Below, in pieces: positions 13,321 to 27,063 of a DNA stretch of 64,000 bases (its first letter is position 1; every line of letters begins with the position of its first letter). Source of the stretch: Balanoglossus misakiensis (taxonomy: Eukaryota > Animalia > Hemichordata); contig CM082595.2 of assembly GCA_040954595.2 (NCBI GenBank), positions 7,244,193 through 7,308,192 of the forward strand, in the 5' to 3' direction. The position numbers were made by a program, and so were the translations under genes. The notes beneath the pieces are model-generated. The model had not been told where the DNA came from. It worked only from the letters and a program-made list of their open reading frames with translations, and made no database searches.

Positions 13321-16300
13321 CCATGACAAAGCCGTAGAATTCATGGTTTGGCTGAATTCCGGGGGTTTATAATTTTATCCAGACGTAGCTCCGCACATTA
13401 CCATAGTATGACGTCAGAAGTAGGTAAATATGGACCAAGCGTTAGTGTTATTACCATCCCTCTGATGTCACCAACCGGAACTATTTTAAACTTGTAAACA
13501 AAGTCCCTTTCGGGCGGCAAAATACAGTGCAATTGTTGGTTTTATTTCGATATAAAAACATAAGCAAAGATAAATAAAATGTTTCATATGTATAAATATG
13601 GACGATCGAAGATTAGTTTTCCCTGTGTACATTTTTATCGCACCAACCGGCACCAAAACTGTTGCGAGGTCGGCAGTGCTGAGCCAGTGTCGTTGCGTCG
13701 TCAAACGAACGACAGGTAAAAAATTGAGTATTCGATAAAAAAGGATGCGATTAGAGCAAAACGGTCTGGTCATTAAGGAAAAGTTTCCTGCGCCAGTGAA
13801 ACCTTGACGGACGATGAAATCCAGCTGACGCGCGACAGACGGGTCCTCGCCAAAACCAGAATCGTCCAGGTCGTGACCTGAGTCACCTGACAGATAGACC
13901 GAATAACATCGATCTTCAATTTTGCACAAAATAGTTCCAAATTTTATCGCAACCACAAAGAGTTTTATTTAAAAATCAAAATTAGCGGATCTATGTATGT
14001 GATAAACATATAATTCCCCGTATTCCTCACTCGTGTACCTGCGTCGCGAACTCGTGATTCCCCGCTACACTCGTTCGAAATACGGGGAATTATATATAAT
14101 TATATCTCAATAACTGCTGATCAGATTTCGATCAAGTTTGGTACAGACTGTTTATTTTGAAATGGCAAGAACTGATTATTTTTCGGTAACAGCGGCCAGC
14201 GAATTAATAAATAAAGTTGTGAAAAAGAAACATTGACATCAATGCAATCATATATGGAATGCGAGCGGAATAAACCATGATGTTGTCAAGACCATTGCGT
14301 ATACGGAGTATTATAAATCATCAATGGTTTCCATCGACACATACACCGAGCCTGTAAACATGACGGACCGGATCATTTTGGCGTGGCGATCCGTTGAGGC
14401 GCGAGTTTTCTCATTAAACAAAGCAATTCCCTTCATTGTATTATATATCTTTAGTTCGCATTTTGAGCACTTTACAAGTGTAGTAGTTCATCTTGCCGCC
14501 TACTTTCGACTTCCGGAAGTAAAAACCGTTCACAACATTTACATGTACGCCCCACGTGATGCCATAGTCGAGTACCCGGACCCCACCCTCATTGAATGTT
14601 GAATACTTCACGAGAAACAATTTTCTGTCCGTACAATCCAGTGAACACTCATCCATGGGGCGGAAGGTACAGGTAAAGAATGTTTTAATTGGTAAAAGCT
14701 GACAGATTTTTGACATAATTATAAATCCGTTAATCGGCACGGCATGGATGTTTATTGTGGTCGGTGCCGTAGGACAAAAATGCTAGGCGAGAGTTTTAGA
14801 CTAAAATACAGATTTTTGGCTTTATTTACAGTATTTTTGGTCTGTGTATCAAATGCAATTTCTTTCTCTACTCCAAACAGTACGCTATGTACCCAGTATT
14901 CTGCTTGTTAACATATAATGTATGTGTGTAACGGCCATTGTTATTGTTAACAAATTAACTATAGTCCTGACTTGAATTCAGATCTTTCACATTAAACATG
15001 TTTACGATACACACATGTGTTAAAAAGGATAAATTCAATTTAATTCAGACCTACAAAACCCACAATGGCGATCGCGGTTACTGTGGAAAAATGGAAGGTG
15101 TGTGTGGTCGTACAATGATTCACTATATATCCACATGTAGAATAACATAAACGGTGTCTTGTATCAAACATAATTAGTAGAAAAGGGGCAGCGAGAGAGA
15201 GATTTTGTCCCTTTAATCTCAGTGGGTTGTACACGTTGTCTGCGCAGTGTGAACTTAAAAAGGATAAATTCAATTTAATTCAGACCTACAAAACCGACAA
15301 TGGCGATCGCGGTTACTGTGGAAACATGTATGGAAATGTAACTGGTGTATATGAATGGGAAACATGTCGAAGGTCGAAAATATGTCTGAAGGGTAGACAC
15401 TACAATCCGAAGCACATTGCGCGTTCTATTTTTATTACTTTATAAATTATAATTACAAGACCTTGCGCGTGTCTTCTTCACCAGAAGCCTTCTTGATTAA
15501 AACATTGCAATTAGTCTAATGGGACATTTATCTTTCACGGGAATTAAACGATGTGGTATTCTGCGAAAAAAATGAGAGGGCTCTGATGTAATTACAATTT
15601 ACTAGAACTTTAACTCAGAATACCCTCAGAGTGTAATAATATATAATACTTGCGACTAAACACTAAGCCAGTTTTCACTTTAAAAACATCTGAAATGGCA
15701 AAGTTTTCGATTTCTAAAGGTTTTCTATATCTCTGGAGTTATTTTTAGGCCTATCAATCGGTCAAAGCTATTAATTAGTGCACAAATGACTGAAACATCA
15801 CGTCTCTGGGGCCTGGGAGTCTCTCTCAGGAGGACCTTGAGTACGTCGTTACAGCGGTGGCCATATCTCTGCTACTATTGGTCTCGACACTAGACGTGTC
15901 TACAACCTGTATAAATACCACGTTTGTGTCTTTGGCTATATTTTCCAAACATAGCTAGCGACTGTTTTTCAACAAAGTTGGTAGCAATCGAATCTCACTC
16001 GGCTTGCCGGAAGCGGTGTAGCCAACAAGGCCTGGCGCACAATCCGACATGTATAGCGGCTGGTTCTGAGGTGTTTTTTTCAGCGTGTACACAGCCCTTA
16101 GATTCGCAGTCAGACAAGTGAGACTCGTGCCAAAATGATGGAAAAACATTGCAAAATTCCAGCTGTGTTTGTGAGACCATTGTCCCTATAAGCTGTATCA
16201 CACATTGGTAAACATGATTTTGGCAGCAAAATTAGTCATAATGATTTCAAGTGGGTGATCTGACATTAAACCTGGCAGTCATCTGCCCCTTATACCTTAG

Positions 16301-18733
16301 TGACTATCAATTATAAAGAAATTGGATATATGCAAGAAATAGAATACGTGTATTTCATGTCAACCATGTTCCATGTATTTATAACAGAAAAAAATGACAA
16401 TATGGCCCATTTTGATCTTGAATTTGATCTTACAGAAATTGCGTTGTGAGCAATCATATATAAAACATGGAAATGTCAAGACGTGTACAGAACATTTGGC
16501 GGCCAGGCATTTTTAATTTTTTTTAAATCGTTGTAGTCCTTTGGTCTGTCTGTGCAGTATGCCGTTGACGGCAGATATTTGAAAACGATTCAGTAAAAGG
16601 GACAAAGTCTCTCTCGCGCCGCCCTTTTTCCATTAATTATTACACCGTTCATATTATTCTACATGTGAATATATAGAGAGTCAACATTCGACCACACACA
16701 ACTTTCATCCCATTTGTAGAATTTGAGAGTGAAAATCTCGGCAAAATGAATAAAAGGTAGAGACTGATTATTCATTTTGGCGAGTTTTTCACCGGACGAT
16801 TTTATTGCTGTTGTTATCAGATCTTTCTCACTATGATACTTTGAAAACGAGTAGAAACAACGTTCTTCTAGGGGTAATTATACCATAGCTTTTAGAAAAA
16901 AAATGGGATGAATGTTGGCACTTCAGATTTTAGCACAATATTTGAGAATCATGCATGGCGAGTGTGAGAGACCTTACACCATTTTCCAGAATGACGTCAC
17001 AGGCGTCCCGTTCAAATCTTGCTCAGTATAACCACAGACAAATTATTGTACGATATTATGCGACAATTGTGGCGAGATTTCCCAGAATACTTTGCGGTAG
17101 CGTCATTTTATTGACAGCAACCTACAGTGTCAACCTATGGCTTCCAACAATGCGAACGATGACATAATATCATAAGAAACCCTTGTTGTCTTAGAATAGC
17201 CGGCGGTAATTTCTTACAGTTTTCATGCTCCAAACGGCAAACTGCAAGTCTGTTAAGTGCAAATGCTATACAACGACCCAATGGAAACTATCACCGACAT
17301 TAAACACAATAACAACACATCGCCTTTTCCTTGACATCCAATTTGACAGATCGTACCATAGCCTTGCTTGGCACCGCTTTGCACTCAGGACACGACTGAA
17401 AACTACTTCACGACGACTATATTTACACGTTAGAAGTATTATTTACGCTAACAACCTCGCAGATTTACAAAGGACAATATTCGGCGAACCGGAATCCATT
17501 CCAAAAAATTCGAGATTGATGATCAAACCTTTTGAAATTTGCGATCAAACATACTTATTATATATTCATAAATTTTTCGTACAAACTATTAAAATGGTCA
17601 AACTCATCTCTCCGATACTCAAACTTCCTCAAATTTTCGCTGTCCACTCGGCTTCCGTCCCAGCTGACTGACAACAACAACACGAACTTTCCCGAAAACA
17701 CTCTCGTTTTATAATTGGGAAAATTCCGGACATTGCCGAAGTGGATACGTTCGGAAATCTTCGGAGACAAGCTGCACCTTGAAGGCGAGCTGAGACACGC
17801 ATAGGGGGATTAGGAGGTGTACTTCACACCTTTTGACAATAGCGTTGCTAGTCTGTTTTTCTCTTTGTCTGTGGTATAACAACGAACACTGCATGATGGT
17901 TAATCCCCGTACGAAAGGAATGGCGTCAAAATAGTAGCATCAACTCCGTTCAGTCATTTGACCCAGAAGTCAAGGTGACCTTTACCCGCCACTTTAATAA
18001 TAACGAGTTCCCGACGAAACGGGAAGATTGGCGGGTTCCGCCAGAGAACACCCCCCCCCCCTTCCGAAAGGTCAGCCGGTGAGAATACCTTGTTGTGGTA
18101 ACCGTGTTCTGTAGAGTAATAAGGACTGATAAATTGTCCTCATTATAGGCCAGTGTTTCTAAATTAATACATTGTCACACTGCAGGAATTAGGCCAGGTA
18201 TTAAGCGCGCCGCTAGATGAAGTTACATTTGTAAAACCTTACGTTATAGCTGGAAATATTTATTCCATTCATTAGCATAATTTGTTGTTGGTTAGGAACT
18301 GGACGTAAATTACCAGAGGGGAGGGCCGGGGGACTGGGGGATGGGTCGAAAATGTTTATGCCCGCGTTTGGGGAGGGTCAATCTTTTTCAAGCTATACTT
18401 GGGGGTCACAACTTTTACAGCAGGGAATTTATCTAAAACGAAAGAGAGCCCCACATGATGGTATGTTTGACGGGCCATCAGCTATACAGCTGTATAGTGG
18501 TGGTATAGAGCCGTCATGGCGTGGGTTGCGTACCAGTAGTAAGAGAGGCCACCACTGTCTACGGTGCATATCACCACATAATATATGGCTCGACCTGCAG
18601 CCGCTTCGAACAGTTAAATTCAGGCAATGGTTTTTCTACTGCAGAAAGTCAGAAGGTGTTTGTAAGGCATACCATGCCCAGTTAGATCAGCTTAGATACG
18701 CGCGACAAATATAAATGGTGTATACAAAATCAT

Positions 18734-18866
<133 letters not shown>

Positions 18867-18886
18867 GTTTTATATTATGTCCACAG

Positions 18887-20498
18887 TTAGTCTTTGGCGT
18901 TACGCTATCTTTCTGTGTCATTGTTACCTCGTATTTGGTGTTTCGACAAGATGTTTTCAGTACGTTTGTAACAAAGTCAAATAGGTGAGTTAATAAAGTC
19001 TCGCATCACAGCTTCCGCCGTTTTGACAAGTGAAACTTGTTCTTTTTGTAGTGTTTTACTTTTTGAATTTTAGATTCGTTTAGTAAGAACGGTAACAGTG
19101 ATGCTTTGATGTGTAGAAGTCAAAGGTTAAAGTACGATCCCCTATAGAGGGCGCACTCGTCACGGAGCGTGGGTTCTTTGTATTTATTGGTAAGGTGACG
19201 TACAAGTGATCCCAGTATCTTTTTACAGTTCTATGTCTTCAGAATTTTCCATGAATGCACAACGCTGGATATGGAAGAATAGATTCACAATAAACGACCA
19301 TTTGTTGAACAACACGACAACACCTTCCAATAACTCCCAGCATTGCAAGCAACTCAACAATGTCGCGTATATCTTCAATCGCAAGACAGGCAGTACAACT
19401 CTTGTAACGTTGATCGATAGATTCGCCCAAAACAACAACTTTACTCACCAGAGGCAAGTTATACACCATGAGGGTAAAGAATACAAAGGGACTATGGAAC
19501 TGTATCTCGTGAATGGAGTAAATCATGACGTCATATTACCCGAGCTAAAAATGAAACGATCTAATCGTGTGCATTTGTCTAAAGAGAAAGGGACGCTAAA
19601 TATCGTCAGTGCTAATGAAACCAGTTTGAAGTGCAGTGTACAATCTCCCGAAACGATTTTAATTTCAATCATACGCGAGCCAGCTGCGAACTTTGAATCT
19701 GCGTTTGATTTTTTCCGTTTGGAACAATATCTTAAAAGGAAATATTATTATAATGGTCTCGCAAACTTGAAGGAATTTCTACACAACGCGGAATATTACT
19801 ACAAGGTGATTCAAAGGACGGCAGTAGAAAGTCATCATGTGGCCTTAGCGTGGAATGGCCAGGCCTGGCATCTTGGATTGGACCAGAAATATCACCGTAA
19901 CCCTGAAATCACCAACGAGTACTTTACAACACTAAACAGAGAACTTGATTTGGTTCTTGTGACTGAATATTATGATCATTCCCTTGTTTTGCTGAAAAGG
20001 CTTATGTGCTGGAAAATGGAGGATATATTGTATATATCCCGCCGGGTACGTCCAAAGCGTGTTCCTCTCGATGGAAAATTAATAGAGTCCATACATAAAT
20101 GGAACTTTCTTGATGTCCAGATATATGACATGTTCAACAAAACGTTGTGGCAAAAAATTCAAGAATATGGACCAGACTTTGACAGAGATTTACGAGACTT
20201 CCGGTTGATCAGAGATGCTGTGTCGGAAGAATGTCACAAGTTTAGAAACGTGTCCAAGGCTACTATTGGTTTGCTTGAGAAGTTTGGAACGGTTGTAAGA
20301 AATTCTACAACATTTTGCACAAGACTGAAATCCTGGTTCAATATTTCTAGAGAACTTGAAGTGTCCTGGTGGTACGATGGAAGTGAATCATTTTCGATCG
20401 CTCTGGAAGGTAGGGATTTCCTGCGCATTAAGGACCGATGGCTGTCGGAGAAGGTTCAAAGGGCGATTTCAAAGTCGCATTTCAGGGGAGGGGTTTGA
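18887..20498 (+). CDS. Galactose-3-O-sulfotransferase (GAL3ST / galactosylceramide sulfotransferase-like); start exon not located
   Basis: TM exon 18887-18984 (LVFGVTLSFCVIVTSYLVF) splices in phase 2 to 19229-20498. Motifs: RKTGSTT (5'-PSB), SIIREP..FES.F.F (3'-PB), LDLVLVTEYYDHSLVLLKRLMCW..EDILY, WN.LD..IY..FNKTLW. Confidence 0.88.
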
Positions 20499-22234
20499 GC
20501 TAAGGCCAAATAGAAAAATAAGTGCTGTTCCGATTACCCTAATTGAAAAAATGAAAGGCTGCTTCATATTCGCAAACAAGGCCGCTCAACACAACGAGGT
20601 GTTTTCTATGGATTGTGCAATCGCTGTTTTTTTTTAAATTTGTCAACCGCATAAAAAAACCAACAAAGGTTTGGTTTGGTTTTTCGTTTGCCCATGAAAT
20701 GCGAAAAGCTTTTTTTCGTTTGCATTTTCCTGGAGTGTTTAATGTTGAGTATGTCCCCCCACAATCGCACCATTTCTATCTGCACGTGGCCAATCGGGAA
20801 TTCTGTGTCCTGATTGAAATAAAGAATAAATTAGACGCCATTTTGTACAGTTCGAACCTTCGTCCATAATCATTAATTAACCAACACTTTTGCTGACTTG
20901 TTGCTCTACAGACCATGAACAAGAACAACAACCACAGCAAGATAACCACACGATGACGGCAAATGTATCCCAGACTCACTGTGCCAAAATCTATTACCAT
21001 AAACACAAAACGAGAAAGGACAACATGAGTTTAAACATATACATGTCAGCGAGTAATAGAATGTTGCAGCCTGACTTCAAGGTGGAGAGGGCAGAAAAAA
21101 GTTCATACTTCGCAAAGTGTGAAATCAACAACACCGAAAACATACAAGTGAGTAACAGTGTCGTTAGGTTTGCAATTCTGAACACTGAATTATTATGAGA
21201 GAGTTATAGGTTATTTTTATGTGGTCTTGAAGGTGATTATTTCCCGCCTTTTGATGATGTCACTGACGATGGCTATGTAATACTGTCTATCTGTCATTTA
21301 GAGACACTATGCAGTTTCTGATTCTGATAGGCGACATTTAGTATGTGAAGAGATCCATGATTATCTCATAGACATTTCTCCTTTATTTTCATCTTACAAC
21401 AGATATCTGCCGAAGGAAAATTCACCAAAGACAAATTCCTGATAGATCAGATCACTCTGGTCAATGGCGGATGCGATTAATAAGTGGATGTGACCACTCG
21501 TGGACGACTGTGTTATATTATGATGGGAACTCATTTATTAATGTATGACACTGTAAAAACGTCTACAAAACCACGCCTGTAAATTAGCTTAAAGTCCAAT
21601 GAGCTAATGGACGTTAAAATATGCAAAGCGTGCACGTGACCAACCGCACGCGCGTGCCCCCCGGTATGACATGTCGGTTTGTTGTTGATATCTGAATTTT
21701 AGTCCGGACTGGTAATGAATATATTGACTGTGGTGACAAGCTGAATACATTGTATATCTGCATGATGTAGGGAGTAAAACAAGAAAATGTAGGTGACACA
21801 CAGAACAGAAATACTGACAATATTATTTATAAGTTACAGCTACTGTTTCCATGAGCTGTATCATGAAATTTCTTTTAAAACTGTATATGTTAGCCCATGC
21901 GGATGTATGTACACACTGAAGTATACATGTATTAAAAACCCCACGTATGAGCGCATATGCAAGTTTTAAGAAGATAAATAAAACATTGCCGCAAAGGAAT
22001 ATGGTCGCCACCGTGGGAAAATTTAATATACGATAAAAGTGTTGCACTCCCCTCTTTGAAACTTTATAAATGAAGCATGATCTCATCCACTACAACATAT
22101 GGAGGTAAATGGTCTCCACTGAGACATTACATTTTCATTTTCATTTCAATATTTCAGTTTTTTTAAATCGCGGGAATTTTCGACTGTACTGATGGTTCTT
22201 TTATTTTTGGCCATTTTGATCCGAGATAATTTAA

Positions 22235-22377
22235 AGTGAACCTGTCGTCGCGCCGCGCTTGCGCACTGAGTCTGTTGATTGGGGCCGTCGTTGTGTGGGA
22301 CTCGCTGGCAACGTGGGTAAAATCTATTGATTATCTACAGACTCAGTGCGCAAGCGCGGCGCGATGATGGGTTCACT
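22235..22377. mobile_element. Small Kolobok-type palindromic MITE
   Basis: TTAA|AGTGAACCTGTCGTCGCGCCGCGC...GCGCGGCGCGATGATGGGTTCACT|TTAA. A related end lies at about 59599. Confidence 0.75.
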
Positions 22378-23051
22378 TTAAAGCGAGTTACAGCTCATGG
22401 GGCTTTAAACCCCATCTTTACTCATTTCGCCCGTCACCCTTGGTGCTGATCTGTATTTACATTACACAAATATTTCACCTATTAACGCGAAAACTCCGTC
22501 TGGCGGGCGGTTAGTGCGTCTCATTCCTTTTTATGTAACATCATTAAGCCGTGTAGTTTTGAACAGGTTGTCATTAACTCTGAGAGCTGAGTAAACCACG
22601 CACTCGTATCCCTGCAATTATTGAGGATAAATGTGACTTTGTAACATCGCGGGTCTATTTTAAGGGTCAATATTCCCGGTACACATGTAGTCGTGTTTAC
22701 TGGGAATACAAACACCTGGATTCTGTCATCACATTATGATGTTTGGATAATATAAATTAGTATGCATATACGCAAACAGGAAAAAATGCCATGACGATTT
22801 AGTATCGTTAACGACGTGCAAGGGACATTCTGCGCGCACAAGTACGAGGGATACCTGCGTTTCCTCTGGGATATCCTCTCTACGGATCTAGTCAAACCGC
22901 GTAACGTACAGTTTTCACTGTGCTCCACAACTAGAAGACCTTACTGGGAAGAATTCCGGCTGAATTTTGACCATGGCGTTATCCCGGATAAGCTGAGAAA
23001 TCTTATATTTTCATTTCTATTCCAAGTGCGTCATAAGTTTCAGACGACTTT

Positions 23052-24792
23052 ATGATGTCGCTCATCATAACCGCGGAGCCGAACGCATCGTTCGCTGCCG
23101 AGGAGCATAACTGTACCGTGAACTGCTCGCAAGAATTCAACACCGATGAGTATATGGAAACCATCCCTCTTTCAGCCGTTATCTGGCAGTCAGCAAGCAT
23201 GTCTTTGATTTTCATCATGTCACTTTTGGGTAACGGCGTTCTTTGTGTTGTCTTCGCCAAGAATACGAATCTCTTCTGCGACGTCTCACACAGATTTCTC
23301 TTCAATATGATCATCTGTGATTTGGGTAAGCGAAAGACTGTCATATTCAAAAGAAAAGAAAGGCCAAGGTGCGATCATATATATTAACAAATTTTCAAAA
23401 GCACCAATACCAGTCATGTTGTCACCCCATCAGAAAATTGTGGTAATCGTGTATTCGGTTGTCACAGATTGGGTGTTGACCGTCGCGGGTATCATGGAAG
23501 TCGAACAGGCAACAAATGCTCATTCAAACCCAGTGATTCCTATTCTACAATTGCGACCATTAGATATACGACCGCTCAATTTGGAAGACAAACTTGGACG
23601 TACTTCTGTTAATTTTGTAGACAGTGTGTATCAATTGCTTAGTTTCAACTTAATTTTTTTAGTTTAGTGGTAAAACCGATATTATCAGCTCCTTTTCCCC
23701 CATTTTGTCTTTCTGGTTATGACTTATTTCTCATCATTCGATTTCTGATCGACTCTTTATTTTTTGTCACGTGACGGTTCTATTTTTTATATTGCCGACC
23801 GACCGTAATTCATCAGCAAACGACTGTTCTCTTTGGTCAAATGTGCAATTGATCAACATGTAGGTATTACATGTATTGCCCAGATGTACTTTATTGGTAT
23901 TGCACCGTATGTTTATGCAAAGCAGTACAGTAGCGGGTATTGAGCCCCTTTTAACGACAACCATATTTCTATTCCAGCGATCGCAGTGTTAATCATGCCG
24001 TTCGTGATTCTATCGGCTATCTCTCAAGAGTGGAAGTTCGGTGACGTTTGGTGTCAACTTGAGGGCTACATCAACGTGACCTTGCTACTGGTGACCGTGT
24101 TGACCTTCGCGCTGGTGTCGTTCGACCGCTACCTGATCATTGTGCATCCGTTTCGTTACCAGCGCCTCTTCGGCCACAGGAGCGGGAATGTTCTTCTGGT
24201 TGCGCTGTGGATAGTCTCTCTGACGCTTGCCTTTCCGCCCTTGGTCGGGTGGGGGAGGTACGACTTCCAGTTGCCGAAGGCGTCGTGCACGCTCGTCTTC
24301 AGCTTTGAAGAAACTCAGAGCGGCTATACGATTTTAATCGGCATCATCGTCTGTCTGTTTCCCATGTGCATGATGGCGTGGTGTTACGGGAACATCGCGG
24401 TTGTTGCGTATCGCCATTCCAAAAGATGGGGGGTCGTTGTACCTGTGAAGACGGACGAGAATTTCCGCAAAAGTCGACAGAGTCGAGACTTCAAAGCTGC
24501 CAAGACAATCTTTGTGATTGTGTCCACGTTTCTCCTATGCTGGTTACCGTACTACACAGTGTGCTGTGCGTACTCGTTCGGTGCCAATGTGCCCAGGACA
24601 CTGGATACCATAGCGACATGGTTGGCGTTCTCGACATGCGCAGTGAATCCTGGGGTATATGGCTTCCTGGACAAGAAAATGAAGATTCTGCTCCTGAAGT
24701 TATTACGGTGCCGTAAAAGACACCAACTCGGAAACAAGCGCGAGAGTGTCAAACAAATCAAATGTGAATTAGACATTGAACTTGTGCAGTAA
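23052..24792 (+). CDS. Class A (rhodopsin-family) GPCR, orphan GPR161-like, about 362 aa
   Basis: Exons 23052-23325 and 23978-24792 joined by a phase-1 GT-AG intron. Motifs: GN (TM1), D (TM2), W.FG..WC, DRY, PPLVGW, CWLPY, NPGVY. Confidence 0.9.
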
Positions 24793-24809
24793 GCATACGT
24801 TTTGCAGGG

Positions 24810-24941
24810 TAGACTCTCTCACAGCCCACAGTTCGCTACAAGGCTCTTCACTGGCGCGCCCTCAACCGTTCAGCAAAGGAGAAGCTAGCCCCAGAACATA
24901 AGCCTGCATGGACGGCGAGATATAGGGAATGTGAGAGTCTA
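24810..24941. mobile_element. TAG...CTA non-autonomous element with degenerate 9-bp TSD (AcademH-type)
   Basis: TTTGCAGGG|TAGACTCTC...GAGAGTCTA|GTTGCACGG (7/9 match). Confidence 0.6.
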
Positions 24942-26294
24942 GTTGCACGGTAACATCTTCTGGTATCTCCATAGTTTAACAATCTCGCCCCGTGCAGACA
25001 TTAGGCAGCAATCACAAAAAGGGTAGAGATGGTCGGAGGAATTGTGAAAGAAAAATGTTTTATTTTCTTCAGATCCCCCCTCGATGCCATTCACAAATTT
25101 TCAGGTGAAAATTGCGCGGACCACGCAAGTACTATGACGTCATTACTCTACACTACGGAGGCCAAAGATATACAATAAACACTGCACAATAAAAAAAATC
25201 CCTACCTACCTAACCTATTTTTGAAAATCATGTAATCGGAACAGCGCATATTATTTTATTTGACCTGAAATGAGTTTCTTCATCAGTACATGTTTAATTA
25301 TCCACACTTATGACCCGTTGTACAAATGTTATCATCACAAGCTTTCTTCATATGTACGTGTGGGAATGAACCAAAGCGAATATCCACGTTGACTAACTGC
25401 TCTTTCCAACTGATAAGTCGTCCTATTTAAATTATTCAGTTTCCAAGATACAAATACCTCGGTGATATTGTAGCTGTATAATTAAAGTGCCTTCGGTGCC
25501 AAGTTATATTTGCCACTGTGTTATGTTCACTACTGAATGTTTTTGCCTATAAAGGCAAATGTAGAACACAATACATGTACATATATTTATCACACACGCG
25601 CGCACACACGCACGCAAACACAAACGTACACTACATTGTGGTTAAGTGAATCATATACATGTACAATGGAAATATAAAGCATGTACTAGTAGTATACTCC
25701 ACTTGCCATGACGCAAACTCCCACCCCATTGTGTCCCCTCCCACTAGCCTGTAGGAAGTTTTTGAAATCTGTAATTGGTTTGTGGGTGCCGTACTATTAT
25801 AAGGGTACTATAACCTTGTAATTCGTTGAAAAAAAGTGTACTTGGATGGCTGTAACCCTCACGGGAAAACTGAACACATCAAAAGAAACAATCCCTAGGT
25901 CAGGGGTCATATCCGTTATGTCTGGAACGTTTCTGGAATGGCTAATTTTAGAAAGTTACATCATATTTTTGTGATGTCATACATATTTTTAGTAGCGAAT
26001 TGACTATGAATTTGCAGTTCTAGTGCAGTTCTGAAGTTGTTCTGGAGTCGCGTTGAGCGATTGTACCAGCAGAGTGAATATAAGTTCACAGGTGTTTTCA
26101 CGGTGAAGACTTGATATTGTGATAGCCTGTGTGTTTCCTTCAGCGTTACACCAACCAATATAAAATAACCTTGAGGTCACCACGTTGTGGCGGTCTGCGA
26201 ATCTACTCCTGACGACAGCGCAACGCTTGTATCACTCACAACGTACGGGCTTGTATATGTCAAGCAAAACAATGCTATCTTGCTCCAATACTGT

Positions 26295-26382
26295 TAGCTC
26301 TGCGTACAGGTCTGTGTGTTCCCGGCGTTACACGGCCTCCACCGTGTAACGCCGGGAACACACAGACCTGTACGCAGAGCTA
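26295..26382. mobile_element. 88-bp perfect-hairpin element with 9-bp TSD (AcademH-type)
   Basis: CAATACTGT|TAGCTCTGCGTACAGGTCTGTG...CACAGACCTGTACGCAGAGCTA|CAATACTGT. A half copy lies at about 57983. Confidence 0.8.
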
Positions 26383-26764
26383 CAATACTGTGTGATCCGC
26401 GTTACGTATAGAACGTCCCGTGGACGCGACGCTAATCACACGTCGTGCGCAGTATGAAAATTCAATTTCTTATCGACAGGCACAGCGACTGCTATAGAGT
26501 CTATATGTTCCCTAGCGGTGGTGAACAAGGAAGCAAAGAACGGGATCAAGGATTTATATAAGCGTATCGAACAGACTCACGGTGACGAGGTTTAATCGGT
26601 TACCTTCATGCATGAGCAAATACGAAGTGAATTGGAAATTTTAGGACTTCCAAAAAAAAACATTATTTATTACAGGCAGTGGGGGTGGAGATATTTTGCC
26701 CAGTAAAATATCAGCCAGGTTTCGTTGATATGATAGTCGCTATTGGTTAAACGTATTGTTATAA

Positions 26765-27063
26765 CAGAAATTTTAACCCCATACTGGTCCATGTTCAACA
26801 AAAATCAAACCTCTAGCCCTATTGGTTAGCCTGGAATTAGGTATGCACATAATTAATAAGATAAGCAGGTGTCACAGGTGACCCCTAATTTTGGCTTTTC
26901 AATTTAAGTCCTAACCCTCCAAACGCCAAGTCTGTATCTTTTCTAAAAAGAAGTAGAAGAAAAAACTCAGTAAAATCAATAGGGCCCAAGCCTGCTTGCC
27001 TTGGGGCCTAAAAAACCCAGTAAAACCAATAGGGGCCCCGCCCACAGGGGCTTTGGCCCCTAA
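26765..27063 (+). mobile_element. Helentron-like fragment: partial 239-bp satellite monomer plus two terminal hairpins
   Basis: 26765-26940 matches the monomer of the 47.9-49.3 kb array. It is followed by AATAGGGCCC...GGGGCCTAA and AATAGGGGCC...GGCCCCTAA. Confidence 0.55.

Noticed and set aside
13486-14740. 156-aa, 92-aa and 99-aa ORFs
   Set aside because: No identifiable domain; they partly overlap local repeats.
23052-24792. Calling the GPCR an opsin or an amine receptor
   Set aside because: It lacks both the TM7 Lys296 equivalent and the TM3 Asp3.32.
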